Shown: positions 36,001 to 51,000, counted from the stretch's first letter. The stretch is 64,000 bases of DNA from Chiloscyllium plagiosum (GCF_004010195.1 NC_057718.1:88077424-88141423); one strand, 5' to 3'. Numbers and translations are program-made. The notes: generated by a model from the letters alone, not told the origin.

Positions 36001-39000
36001 CAAAAGCCTTCAATGTTAACTAAAAGAGACAAGGTGGATGAAACTATTTCCACTGGTTGGAGATTCTAGCACTGTGGTCATAGTCTAAGAATTAAGGTCA
36101 GACCTTTCATTTAAAAAAAAATGTTAGGAAGCACAGGAGGTAGTAAATGTTTGGGACTCACTTCCATAAATGGCAGTGAATGTCAGATGAGTTAATTTTA
36201 AATCTGAGATAAGTAATTTTTTGTTAAGCAAAGGCATTAAAAGGTTTGGACCAAAGGGAGGTATTAGGCATGATCGCATTGAATGTAGAACAGGCTCAAG
36301 AGGCTGAATGGCCTACTGCTTTTACTATGTTCTCCAGAGCTAAACTGTTTCAGTTTTGTCATCCCAAATCTGCTTAGTTACAATTGGTCAGTTCCCAATA
36401 GTCCTGAAATATTAGTAGGCTAGAATACAAACCCTTGAAGAGTTTCTCAATGTCCTTGTTCAATTAATCACTCGACTGTGGCAGTCTCACTCTTCCTCAG
36501 CTCACCTTCTTATTATCTATATGCTTCTCTCATGCCTTACAACCCCCTACGCAAAAAAAGTTAAAACTGGGAAAGAGAGCTGTGTTTGGAATTGGAAGTA
36601 TTTGACCAGCCATGTCTCTTGTCGTTTTTGTTTCCATTGTTTTTGATTTCGGGCAGGAAAATCCTGCTGATGTCCTTTGCTTATGCAAGTGAGAAATTAC
36701 AGGCTAGTGCAGTCTTCTGGTCCTGGCTAACAAATCCAGAGGATTAGTGCTCACCCTTCAGAAATGACAGGGGTTACCACAGCTCCCCTTGTATACCTTC
36801 TGTGGCTGGTTAGTAACAAAGGCTAAAGTCTGCAAGAACCCTCCCAGTTTATTCTTCAGCCTCCTTGGAGTCTGAAGGAAATTATTTGGTTAATATTTTA
36901 GAGCACAGTTGTTGGGATGGAGTTTACATCTTTTGAGTAGAGATGTTGGGAAGAATCTATACCTCAAATTCACTTAGCATACTAACCAACTTCCTGTGGT
37001 AAGTTGTGAGTGAGCATGGCAGTTGTGTAAGTGTAGTGAAGTTGGGATGATGGGGTATGCAAATGGTGTTGACCTATCTAGATCAATTGGTACATTCTGT
37101 GATGAGGAACAGAAGTCGATTTGAGTTTTGTTTTGCATAAACAGATTCACTTTTGTTAAACATAATTTTATTTAATGGCTTGTAGATAAATTGCTTAAAT
37201 TGAAATGGTAATCGTGTAACCAAAGTAAGAGTGTATTGATTTTGGGTTCCACTTGTTTGAAAACATGCCAAACTTCTCATTTTGGATTTGAGCATTGAAA
37301 TGAACAGACCAGTTAAATGCCAAACATTACAATTCATCCCTACAGCTGCTAAGACCATTTTGAACTGACTAGAAGTAAGATGCAAAATGCCAAACAACAG
37401 CGAGTGTTTGCTATCAGTTGGGCCTGTAAAAGAATGAAGAAAGGATTTTTAGAAAAACTTGAATTGGATCTGTCAATGACTTCCACACATCCCACAGCCA
37501 CTGAAGCGTAGTCATAGTTGTAACATTTCACAGAAGAATAGTGGAAATCTGCTGCTGTTTTCCCTAAAAGAACTAGGGAGGGTCAATTAATAGTTTACTG
37601 ACATCAGAATTTTTTGGTCACGGGGCACTAGTGATTCAAGGGACATGGAATGGAAGCAGTTAAAATTAATTTGAGGCACAGATTGGCCTCTGTTTAATTG
37701 AATGGGTGATGAAGCTTGAGGAATTCATCTACTCCTGCACCCACAACCTGTGGAAAGGCAGCAGCTAATTTGCAAACAGCTATTCCATAAACAAATTGAA
37801 TAAAATTACTAGATATTCATTTATGATGTTTGAGGCATAAATGTTGGTAAGAAAACTGAGATTTCCTAGAATAAGGCACAGGATCTTTTGTAACCACCTG
37901 ACAGGGCAAGGCAGAGTCTCCATTTCAGGTCTCAACATTTTAAATTTTTTTTTTTTTATTGGGAGGCATCTACAGCAGAGAAGCTGCTAAACACTACACT
38001 GGAGTGTGAATCTGGATTGTGAAGTCTCTGGAGGGAGCCTGGAAACCACAATCTCTGGCTCAGATTTGTGTGCTACCACTGAGTTGAGTGGACCTCAGAG
38101 CTTAGAAATATATGGAGCCTAAAATTTGTGACCCTTCACTATCCAGGCATTTGACAGATTCAAAATGCTACATCTGCCTGGTGCAAAGCAGTCCAGAGCA
38201 TTTGTGAAACCATGGTGAGGTAGGGTTGGTCACTGTTTGTCACCGAAGACTAGACGCATAGCAAATGTATAAAAAGACCTTAACACACAAGTTGTATACC
38301 ATCATGAACTTGAACATTATAACCATAACTAGATCAAAATTATGCTCTCTACTTAATAGCACTGCAATTGTACTTTCACCTTAATAGTTCCAGGATTACC
38401 ACCATGACCTTGAGCAGAACTAGGGATAGATAATGTCAACCTTGTCAAAGATGTTGATTATCCCCAGAGTGATTTGCAAATTTTTCTCTTTAATGGAAAT
38501 GTGTAACTGTTGCAAGCACACCTGGATCAGAGAACTTGGAGTCTGACAGCAGGTATACATTTGCACTGATGCAATTTGACCTTTTTATAAAAGAACCATC
38601 CTTCATTCTACTTTTCTATATTTTGCAGAACCATCGGCGAGGCTGAAGTCTGCTAAACAATTGGGTCAGTGACGAAACTTCTTTATTAAAGTACTGAACA
38701 GAACATAACCCATAGTTTATTTGATTGTTTCTTGCCATTATGGTGTAATCTGTAACTCTTTCAGCAATGCACACTTAGAGTTAAAGATCCAGTTAATATG
38801 TTTTATGCCAGTTTTGCAACTAATTTTTTTTTTTGTTTCTTTGTCCCCTTTCAGAAAGAAGACAAGATAAGGTAAACGTAACCTTTAAGTTTAGTGTTAT
38901 TTCTGCAGTGAGATGGGAGCACTGGGTGGGTGTGTGCATGCACTGTAATGTACTTTCACATGGTTCAAGAAAATTGAATTTGAGCTACTTGATAAAATTG

Positions 39001-42000
39001 CCAAAAGCTGTTCCTTTCAAAAAAAATTAGGTTAGAAAGAAATGACTTCCATTACTGTACATAGTTTGTCTAGTTATCCCAAAACCCATTTAAGCCACTT
39101 AGAGTCAGCACTTGCAGAAATAGTGGCTAAGACCTGAAGAAAGATGGCTTCTCAGTTTAGAATCCCGTCAGATATTCCCTTCACTGAGTATTGACTTGAA
39201 TTATTTGATCAAGTCTTTTGGAGAGATGCTCAAACTTTATTGACGTTTCAAAATGTTCTATAGTCCAAGATTGTGAAAGCTGAGTTCTTCCTGTTTAGAA
39301 GAAAAAGCTTAATCATGCATGTCATTAGAAACTACTTGACCATTTTCATCAGTAATTCTGCCATGATCAGAGGACTATTCCAAGTATTTTGGAGGAGGGG
39401 TATTAATGATCTTGAAACAAAGCTATTACTCTGGGGAAGATCTTTCTCTGATTTATTTCATGTCTTAGTTTATTTAAGATGGGAAAACAGATTTAAGCTG
39501 ATTGGCAAAACAGCTAGAGAGAAATGAAAGTTTTTAAAAACTGTGACCTGCAATGCATTACTTGAAATGTTGGTGGAAACTTTATTGAATGGTATATTTC
39601 AAAAGAAATTAGCTAAATGCTTGAAATTTAGAGTTTATAGGGCAAAAAGGAAAAGCAGAGTGGCTCTAATGGGCTAGCTCTTTCAAAGTGCAAGCACAAG
39701 TGAAAAGGGAGGGATGAGGATGGCTCCAAATCTGCACAGGTTAAGTAAGTCAGCAAAAACTTAGCAGATGAAATAACTTGTGGGAAAACGTAAAGTTATG
39801 TACAAAGGCAGGAAGGATAGAGGAACTGAATATTGTTTAAATGGAGAAAGACTGCAGAGGGGTTTTGAAGTCCTTGTGCATTGTGGGTAATAAGGAATGT
39901 TGGCCTTCCTTTTCAAAGGGAGTGGATTATAAAAATAGGGAGGTCTGGTTGAAAATTTACAAGGCACTATAGTCAGACCACAGCAGGAATACTGTCAATG
40001 ATTTTGGTCCACTTATCTAAGGAAACATATAGTGACATTGGAGGCAGTCCAGAGAAACTAGGCTAGGGTAATCCCAAGTTGAAGACACCCTCTTATGAGG
40101 AGAGGTTGAGTAGGTTGGGCGTGTACTCATTGGAGTTCAGATTAATGAAAGATGACACTGATGAAATGCAAAATTCTTGGGGAATTTGCCAGGGTAGTTG
40201 CAGAAAGGTTGGTTCCCCCTTGTGGGAGAGTCTAAGATCAGAAAGCATAATCTCCGAATAAAGAGTCATCCCTTTAAGACAGAGGGAAAAGAATTTCTTG
40301 TCTCAAGGTTATGAATCTGTGAATTCTTTATCACAGAGGTCTGTGGAGGTTAGGTGAATTAAAGGTAGATGTAGACGGATGTTAATCAGTAAGGGAATCT
40401 GAGGTTATAGATATTGGGCAGAAAAATTGGAGTTGAAGATTATCAGATCAGCCATGATCTCATTGAATAGTGGAGCAGACATGATGGGCTGAATAGTCTA
40501 CTATTTCTCCGATGTTATGGTTCTTAACAGGTTAAGTGAGTGGGCGGGCAACAAGAGAGCTGCTGGATTATAATGTGGAGAAGTGTGACTGACCGTAAGA
40601 ATAGAAAAATAAAATTAGTGTGAAACTTTTTGAAGTTGAAGATATTTTGTTGTACAAGTACATGCAAGGACAGCAAGTAATTAGGAAGACAAATGTCACG
40701 TTGGCATATATTGTAAGGGAATTGAAGTACAGTAATAAAGGCATCTTGCTACAACAGGATAGGGCTCAGGTGAAGCTACATCTGTGTTCAGTTTTGGTTT
40801 CTGATGCTTGGAAGAATAAGAAGTAATCTCCCTGCCTTCTCAATTATGAAGGGTAGATGCTGAGGTCTTTAGATTAGATTCCCTACAGTGTGGAAACAGG
40901 CCCTTTGGCCCAACAAGTCCACACCGACCCGCCAAAGCACACCCACCCAGACCCATTCCCCTACATTTACCCCTGCACCTAACACTACAGGCAATTTAGC
41001 GTGGCCAATTCACCTAATCTGCACATTTTTGGAGTGTGGGAGGAAACCGCAGCACCCGGAGGAAACCCACGCAGACACTGGGAGAATGTGCAAACTCCAC
41101 ACAGTCAGTCGCCTGAGGCGGGAATTGAACCCGGATCTCTGGCGCTGTGAGGCAGCAGTGCTAACCATTGTGCTACCGTGCCGCCCACGGTCTTGTTTTC
41201 TCCTTTATAAGGTAATCCATAACATTGGGTATATGGTCAGGGTAATGGACTCAGTCGCCTGAGGCGGGAATTGAACCCGGATCTCTGGCGCTGTGAGGCA
41301 GCAGTGCTAACCACTGTGCTACCGTGCCGCCCACGGTCTTGTTTTCTCCTTTTATAAGGTAATCCATAACATTGGGTATATGGTCAGGGTAATGGACAAA
41401 TCATTGAGGTCCGAGATTAGAAATTTCCTGAAAGTGTTATGAATCTACGGAAATAGTTAACTACGGAAATAGTTACAGTTTCTCCATCACAGAATATATT
41501 CAAGGTTGCGAAAGTGTTCTTGTGCTTTCATAGAATTGAGGGACGCAAGCAGGTGGGAAAGTGGAGTTGAAGGTCAAATGAGATCGTATTAAATGGACTG
41601 TTCATACTTAAGGAGCCATAATGTTGCTTGTTTGCTCCCATTTCTTGTCCTTTTGCTCTTAAGTGTGATAACCTTGGAATCTCCTTTGTAAATATAAATT
41701 AAATACTTCTGGTATTCCATTTCTGGAATTCCGCTTACACATTTTATGGAATAATTTCTTTTTGTTTAGAATAACAGAGGTAGAATTCAGTCTACCTGTC
41801 TTTGTGTGTGTGTGTGTGTATACATATAAAGTATTAAACAATGAAAATTTGTGAACAGTCAGTGATGAATATTCCCTCTCCTAACAGCGTGCCAGCATTG
41901 AAGGCGCTCTCCTTTCTCCATCGATGGAAGTATTATCTTCCAGCTCCAAGTGTGAAATCAGTGCACTCTGTCATGGTGACACAGTTAACCAATCGCAGGA

Positions 42001-45000
42001 GTCCTTGGAGCCAGCTTATCCAAGTGATCAAGAGGATAGTGTCCAGCTACGCACCTTGGAGCAGACTGATGCCGATGATGAAGAGGAAGCTGACATTGAT
42101 CAGGTTGAAGATAGCTCTGATTTTGCTGATATTCAGATGCATACCTGTTGACGTCTGTAATATCTTGATGCTGCCCTGAAACTTACCCAGTGGGAGCTCT
42201 TGCTGTTTGTGGCTCTGTTATACCAAATGCATTATAACTCTTGTTCCAAATTAATTAAAAATAATTGGCAGCAGTCAGTGACAGACCAAGCAGACGTGAG
42301 CATGCAATCTACACTGACAATTCCCAGCACAGTGAGGGTGTGCAGCATTATTGGAAGTGTAAATCAGATAAGATGCTATTTTAAATAGAGCAGTTAGTCT
42401 CCTCCTTCAGTTGACTATAAAATATTTTATTTGAAGGGCAGTGCAGTGCTCAGTGTCTTGGTCAGTGTTTTATCTTCAACTAGTACCAGTTGAAAACCAG
42501 TTCCCTGTGTGATGCGATTGATGTTTGAACGGGTTACCATGTTTTTCTTTCTTTAAAAGTCATTACATGTTTGTAAAATACTGTTGATCATCCTGGAGAT
42601 GTGATCATTTGTAGATTAGATTAGATTCCCTGCAGTGTGGAAACAGGCACTTTGGCCCAACCAGTCCACACCGACCATCCGAAGAGTAACCCACCCAGAC
42701 CCATTTCCCTCTGACTAATTGACCTAACACTATGGGCAATTTAGCATGGCCAATTCACCTAACCTGCACATCTTTGGACTGTGGGACGAAACCGGAGCAC
42801 CCAGAGTCATGCAACATGGAAACAGACTCTTCAGTCCAACTCGCTCATAGCAACCAAGTTTCCCAAACTAAATTAGTTCCATTTGCCTGTGTTTGGCTCA
42901 CATCCCTCTAAACCTTTCCTATTTGTGTACCTGTCCAAAAGTCTTTTAATTGTTGTAACTGTATCTGCTGCTACCAGACCTTCCTCTGGCACATTCCACA
43001 TACAAACCACCCTCTGTGGAAAAAGTTGTCCCTCAGGTCCCTTTTTAAATCTTCCTCCTCACATCTTAAAAATAGTTTAGGACTCCACTACCCTGGGGAA
43101 AAGACCTTTGCTGTTCAATTTATCATGATATTATAAACCTCTATAAGGTCACCCTCCGTCTCATAAACCCTAGTGAAAAAAGTCCCAGCCTATCTGGTCT
43201 CTCAAACCCTCCATTCTGGGCAATATGTTGTAAATCTTTTCTGAACCTCCTCCAATTTAATATTATAATAGCAGAACTGTACAAGTATTCCAGAAGGCGC
43301 CTCACCAATGTCCTGTGCAACCTTCTCATGATGTCCCAACTCATATATTCAATAGTTTGAGCAATGAAGGTAGGGGTGCTAAATGCCACCTTGTCTACCT
43401 GTGACACAACTTTCAAAGAACTGTATACCTGAACCCCTAGGGGTCTCTGTTCAACAACACTGCCTGAGCCTCTGCCATTTACTCCAAGTCCTGCTCTTGT
43501 TACTCTTACCAAAATGCACCCCCCTTTCATTCATCCAATTAAAGTCCTCAGCCCATTGGCCCAATTGATCATGAATCCTTTGTAATCATGGATAACCTCA
43601 GTATCTGCTATACCACCAATTTTAGTGTCACCTGCAAACTTACCATGCTTCCTGTATTCTCATTCAAGTTCTTTTATAATAAGAAGAAACAAAAATGGTC
43701 CCAGTACTGGTCACAGGCTTCCATCCAAAAAAACAACTCTGAACCATCATCTACTGTCTCCTACTGTCGAGACAATTTTGTATCCAATTGGCAAGAAACC
43801 CACATGATCTAACTTTACCAGCCAGTTTACCATGCTGAACCTTGTCATAGGTTTTACTGAAGTCCATGTAGATGACGTCTACAGCTGTGCTGTCATCTAT
43901 CATTTTTGGTCATGTCCTCAAAAAAAAACTCCATTAAGTTAGTGAGATACTGTATCCCACGCACAAAGCCATGCTGACTATCCCTAATCAGTCCTCGCCT
44001 CTCCAAATTCTTGTAAATCCAATCTCAGAATCCCCTCCAACAACTTGCCCACAATCAATATCAGACTCTCTGGTCTATAGTTCCCAGATAACTTACAGTT
44101 TGCCTTAAATGTAGGCACGACATTAGCATTTGACTACAAATGCAAGCTTTTTATGATTTGCAGCATTGCACAAATGCATGGTGATATCTCAAGGAACTGT
44201 ATCAAATAAATGTGATCGTGAGATGCCAGCAAACATAGAGACAGATGACCAGGAATTTAGTCAGAGTTATGTTTTAATGAATCTGAGGCTGAGGGGTGAC
44301 CTATAGATGTTTATAAAATCAATAGTGTGGATAGGGTACATAGACAAGATCTTTTCCCTGGGTTGGGGGGAATCCAGAACTAGAGGGCATAGGTTTAGGG
44401 TGCGAGAGGAAAGATTTAAAAGGGACCTACTGGGCAACCTTTTCACTCAATGGTGTATGGAATGAGCTGCTATAGGAATTGGTGGAGGCTGGTACAATTA
44501 TAGCACTTAAAAGGTATCTGGATGGATATATGAATAGGAAGGGTCTAGAGGGATATGGGCCAAATGCTGGCAAGGCACTAGATTAATTTAGGGTATCTGG
44601 TTGGCAATGGACAAGTTGGACCAAAGGGTCTGTTTCTGTGTGGTACACCTCTGTGACTTAAGGCATGAGAGAAGTTTAAGAAAGAATTCCACACTTGGCA
44701 TTCAAGTAAGTGAAGGCATCACTGTGGGAAAATCCAAATTGGATGACTGTAAAGGATTCTAGTGCTGGAGGAATTAGAGATGGCAAAGGACAAGTCCATG
44801 GAGGAATATGAAAATCAGGATGACACATTTAAAATTGCACCTTGCCCTACCTTTAGTTTGAAACATCAAATAACATTTAAAACCACTGTAAAATACCTCT
44901 TACTTTCCATGAGTTGGAACGCCACTACAATACAAAATGAAGTATACTAGTGTTTTGGTGACACCTAGTGATGGATATGTAGAATTTCCATGGAGTGTGA

Positions 45001-48000
45001 TAGTGGTCTCCTCTTAATAGAATTGCAACAGACTTGCTGTGTTGCAAACTAGATGTCGTGGACCTTTTTCTGAATTTAGACTTGCAGGTGAAGAGAGAAG
45101 GGAAGTGAAGCAAAGTCGGCTCTGGTCAAGTGAGCCATTTTGATCTTCTGTTTCCAAATCTTTCAAAAAGGATTTGTATGTCTACAGCACTTCACTTCTC
45201 ACATCCTTCGGATGACCCAAAGTGTTTCAGAACCAATTAAAAACTAACTGAAGTGCAGCACTTATAATATAGGGAAATATGGCAAGCTCCCACAAAGTAC
45301 AGTGTGATATTAGAGGTTAAGGGATAAGTATTAGCTACGTTTCAATTCATGTTTACATGTCTTGAGCTAAGCATGCAGATAATCTGCTTTAGATGGTGGT
45401 CATTGAAGGAAGACTGTTGACTAGATCACTGAACTCTTGCCACTTGTCAAATTATTGGGATCTTCCAATGTCTACTTGATCCATGGGTCTCTGTCTAAGG
45501 TGTTAATTGGAGCTTGGCAGTGCAAACAGTACAGTGCTCTGACAGAACTGCATTCAAGTAGCAACTTACATTTTCATGTTCATCTTTTATGGGCAATAAT
45601 TTGCTACCCAGACTTGAGAAGTGAAAGTGACATCTGCTAAGCCATATTTAGTCTTCAAAGCTAACCTTGCAAGGTCCTGCATGCTAACTTGGGGCTTTCT
45701 AAGATTTAAAGATTGAAAATACTGACACATCCAACCGATGTTTACTGTTACCAGGCTGTGTGGTGATAAAGGAGTCTTTGTGGGGAGAAACAAGTTGCCC
45801 ATGCTGAGGTTATCCCAGCTCAAAAAGGTCAGCAGATGTAGTTGGTATTTTTCCCCAGCTGATTCAGTTATGATATGGAAGACAAAGAAGAAGATTTGCT
45901 GCCTCCTGTCTTCCTAAATCTCTCTCCTCTCCTGACCAACTCGCCCACCTAAAAATTATGGCTTCTCCTTTTGCCTGTTTGTTTTGTGGCCTCTATTTCT
46001 GTTGTCTCTTAAATGGAATTACATGAAATAAAAATAGAGTTGACTAAAGTGATCTTATTGGACAGATTAGCAGGAATGAAAATAAGCAAGCAGTGACAGA
46101 CATTTTAAGGAGATAATTGATGGTTCTCAGCAAAAATACATCCCAGTGAGCAGGAAAGACTGAGGGGGATAAACTGACCATGGAAGTTAAGGAAAGTACA
46201 AAGTTGGAAAAAAAAACATGTAATTCAGAATCCAGCAAAGGGGGAATAAAAAGACAATAGAGACAAAATAATCAACAAGGCAAACTAGTGAGCAATATAA
46301 AAACTGATGAGCATCTTTTAAGCATGCAAGACGGAAAAGAGATCAAAGGGAACATAAGTCCCTTCAAAAATGAACCATGGGAGATGATTTTGGGAAACAA
46401 GGAAATGGTGGAGGAGTTAAATATATTTTGCATCAATCAGTCTTATCTTTGAACATTCCAGTAATACCAGAAGAATATGGGGGAAAAGAATTAAGGTCTA
46501 TTATCACCACCTAGAGACATCATATTAGACAAACTAATGGGACCAAAGGCAGATAGTTCCCTGGCCCTGATGGCTTGCATCTTAGGATCCGAAAAGAAGT
46601 AGTTACAGTGATATTGGATGCATTGATTGTAATTTTCTAAATATTGTTGGATTCTGGATTAGTACTGGAGGATTGGAAAACTCTGCTCCAAAAGGGAGGG
46701 AGGCAAAAATGGGTAACTAGGCTGGTTGGCCTAACGCCTATTGTTAGAAAAATATTGAAATCCATTGGTAAGGAAGTAATAGCAGAACATTTGAAAAGTC
46801 ATAACCTGTTCAATTAGCATAACTTCATGAAAGGGAAACGTCTGTCTAATTTATTGGAATTTTTCGAGGAACCTTCAAACCAGGGTGGATAGAAGGGAGC
46901 CCATAGATAATGTTGTATTTGGATTTCCAGAAGGTGTTTAACAAGGTAACTCAGCAAAAGTTGTTACACTGTTGGAGTGAGAGTGTTAGTTCATTATATT
47001 GGCATGGCTAGTGGACAGGAAACAGCAAGTGGGGATAAGTGGTTCCTGTTCAGGTTGGTGACCCATGACTAGTGGGGTTCCACCAGGATCAGTGCAGGAA
47101 CAGTAACTGTTTACATATGAAGACTGGAGGGAGGAATTGAATGTACTGTCCCCAAACTTGCAGACGAGACAAAAATAGATGGAAAGGCCGGTTGTGACAG
47201 ATACAGTTTGCAGCGGGATGTTGATAGGTTAAGTGGGCAAAATGTTGGCAAATTGATTATAATGTGGCAAAATATGATTTTGAAGGGAGAATAAAAGAAT
47301 TAAATGGAGAAAAACTGCAAAGCTGCAATACAAAGGGATTTGGGGTTACTTGCACAACAACACAGCTACCATACAGATACAGCAGGTAATCAGGAAGGCT
47401 AATGGAATGTTGTCCCTCTTTTACAAAGGACGTTTGAGTATGAGAGGAGGGAGGTTTTACTGCAACTGCACAAGGTGCTAGTTAGACTGCACTAGAGTAT
47501 TGAGCAGTTCTCATCCCTTTATTTAGGAAAGGTTTCATTATACTGGATGCAGTTCAGAGAAGGTTCACTGGATGATCTCTGGTTTGGAGGGATTGTGTTA
47601 TGAGCCAAGGTAGGTTGGGACTCTACTCGCGAGAATTTAGAAGAACGAAAGGTGGCCTCGATGAAACAAACCGGATTCTTAACAGGCTTGACAGGGCAAA
47701 TGCTAAAAGGATGTTCCCAAGTTGTGGGCGAGTCTTGGACCAGAGGGCTGTGATTGTTTGGAACTCCTTGCCACAGACAGCTGTGGAGGCGGTGTGTATA
47801 GTTAAGGCTGAGATTCTTGATCAGTAAGGGAATCAGGAAAATGAGGAATATCTGATCAGCCATGATCCTATTGAATGGTGGAGCAGGTTCAAGGGGCTGA
47901 AGGGCCTGCTGCTGTTTCTATTTCTTGTAGTCTTATTGGTGATTTGAGACCATAAGACTATCTCTGATTTCTTGTATTTCTCTTCGCACTCAATCCCCTC

Positions 48001-51000
48001 CCAACGAATTTTTGTATCTGCCATCGGGAGAGGGAAATGTTTCCCTCCAGGCACTTAAACTTCCAAAATCTTGACTATCTAACCTTTGGTCCTCCATTTA
48101 GCTTGACATTTCTGTAGTTGTTGATCTGATTCATTCCTTCATCTTTTTTATGACCATCTTTCCCCCTAGTAAAGTTCTTTGGTCTCTCCTAACCAATCTC
48201 TCAAAGGCTCCATATAACTGCAGCCAGATGTCTTTACTACTAAAATACCCATCCTCTGGTAATAAAGGCCAACAAACCATTTGTTTTATTAATTGCTTGC
48301 TGTACCAGTGTGTTAACTTTGTGAATCCTGAACCAGGCCACCCAGATCCCTTTTGAAGTTCAATATTTCCCCATCCCCCTCCACTTGAGAACTGCTCTGT
48401 AGTTTTGTTTTCCTGACCTGAAGCATATGATCTCTGGCAGAATGTAGGGAATCATTTTTTAGATCTGGCTAGGCCATATAATGCACCACTGAATCCTATT
48501 GTTCTATTAAAACTGCTCAGCAATCAAATAATCCTGGAATACAAAGTTTAATCAAGGGAGGCTGTCAAGTGTATTGATTAACCCTCTGCTTACTGTCACC
48601 AGTAAGAGATGTGGGATATTTTTTACTAGGTAAAACAATGACTGCAGATGCTGGAAACCAATTCTGGATTAGTGGTGCTGGAAGAGCACAGCAGTTCAGG
48701 CAGCATCCGAGGAGCAGTAAAATCGACTTTTCGGGCAAAAGCCCTTCATCAGGAATACAGGCAGAGAGCCTGAAGGATGGACAGATAAGTGTTCCGAGGC
48801 GGAAGATGAGGCATTCTTCCTCCAGGCGTCTGGTGGTGAGGGAGCGGCGGTGAAGGAGGCCCAGGACCTCCATGTCCTTGGCAGAGTGGGAGGGAGAGTT
48901 GAAGTGTTGGGCCACAGGGTGGTGTGGTTTTTTTGACTATTACAACGGAGTCCATCCATCCAGTTGCTTATTACTGTCTTTGCACACCTTACCTCTGATC
49001 TTGTCCTTTTTTAATTTTAACTCCAAACTAATTTGCTGTCTAAATTTTTCCTGTCCACAAGACCCATCTCCTCCTTCCTTTGACCTCTTTGCTACTAAAC
49101 TGCTGATCACCAAATTACTTCCTGTTCTGTCTATTAACTGATATTATAAAGTTCTCCATTAAGATACTGATCTGTGCTTTTCAAAAAAAAGTCATTACAT
49201 CCCTACAAGTGAAGACTTTCACCTTTTCTGCTTTTGCCAAATGCCATGCTATTTGGGGGCGATGATGGCTTAGTGGTATTATTGCAGGACTGTGAATCCA
49301 GACACCCAGATAATGTTCCGGGGACCTGAGTTTGAATCCTCCGCAGCAGATTGTGGAATTTGAATTCAATAAAAAACAAATCTGGAATTCAGAGTCCAAT
49401 AATGACCATGAAACTATTGTCAATTGTTGGAAAAACACATCTGGTTCACTAATGCCCTTTTAAGGAGAAAGCTGCCATCCTTACCTGGTCTGAACTACAT
49501 GTGACTCCAGATCCACAACAATGTGGTTGACTCTTAACAGAAACTACCCACTGGAATGGATAATAAATGCTGGCCTAACCAGCAATGCTCTCATCCCATG
49601 AAAGGATTTATTTTTATTCTATCTTAAGTTATTGATTGTGTTATCACCCAAATCCATTGCTAATCTTTTCTGCAACTGCATATTGAAATTGCGCAGTTGG
49701 ATTTTTGCCCAGGAGGGCAATACCGAATTGTACCGAACGGTACCGAGTTGCGATACCGAATTGGCCTTAGTCATCCGACTTGACTGGAGCCATGCTACCA
49801 TATTATCCCTTGTAATCTTCCTAAACCTGTATGCAAACTTGACACAGTTGAATAGACTGACCTCCTCCAATGTCTCTTCTCTTGTTCAGCTTGAGACTGT
49901 CCTTACTTGATTCTGCTCCATGTAATCTTTATCTCAAACATTGCCTTTGGCCATCTCTAATATTACCTAGCTGTACCTTGTCTCAAGGAATTTGCTATTG
50001 AACCGCAATGTGCTTTTGTTACCTTCAACTTGACTATTGAAACCCACTCCAGGTCAGTTTTCTACTTGGCAGCCTCTAAAATTAGCATCCCAAATTCTGC
50101 ATGTATTCCTGAATTGTACCAACTCCTGATGAATCTCTGTCCCTGTGTTTGACGTATATGGACTGCAGGCGCAACAGATTTTGAATTTACAGGTGTTTTA
50201 AATCTCTCTAGCTCTTCCCCTTCCTCTAATTCTTGCAAACCCCTCCAGTTCTGTGATTCTGGCCTCTTAGGATCACCTGCTTCCTTTAGTCCACCTTGGT
50301 GGCTGTACCTTCAGTTGTCTTGGTCCCAAGTTCTGGAATGCTCTTCCTAAATCTCTGTACAGTTTTTAAAAATACCTTTTTATTATATTTTTCAGGTGTC
50401 TTCCAAATCCTCAACCAACGACTCTCGACTGTTTAATGTTCATTTCGAATGTTGGAACACTCAACCAGTTACCCATACTGCAGAACAGATTGAAACCACA
50501 GGCAGTGTGTGTGGACTGCTGGACATGGAGTTGAGAGATGTGTGGACTGAGCCTCTCAATGGACGTGCCTCATTCCCCAGTCAAGCATTATCCCATGGGG
50601 GTCGAGGGGGCGATGACTACCAAAAGTTTGTGACAACAGCCTCCACGCCAAATCTCTCCTCCACCCCGATCCGTCCACTGTACCACAGTTCCAATATACC
50701 GAACAATGGTCTCACTGAGACCTCTGCTCTGGTTTATCTATGTGCAGGCACTGAACGAAGGGTTGTGAGGAGAGCTAGCAGCGCTGGGGAGCGTCATTTG
50801 GCTTCCCGACACCGACCGCCTGCTGACAGTCATTCCCGAACAACACCAGGGATTTCCAGCTCTCAAACCTCCGCTGCTCGAAATGCCAGCTCCGCAAAGT
50901 CTGAAGGACTAGATGAGGAAATACGGAACTCGCAGATTGCAGTCAACTTGAGATCCAACACCACTGAAGGCATATATGAGAACATCATGCTTGCCAGTGA

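Noticed and set aside
41445..41475. 15-bp tandem duplication CTACGGAAATAGTTA
   Set aside because: Ordinary slippage duplication within a decayed LINE remnant.
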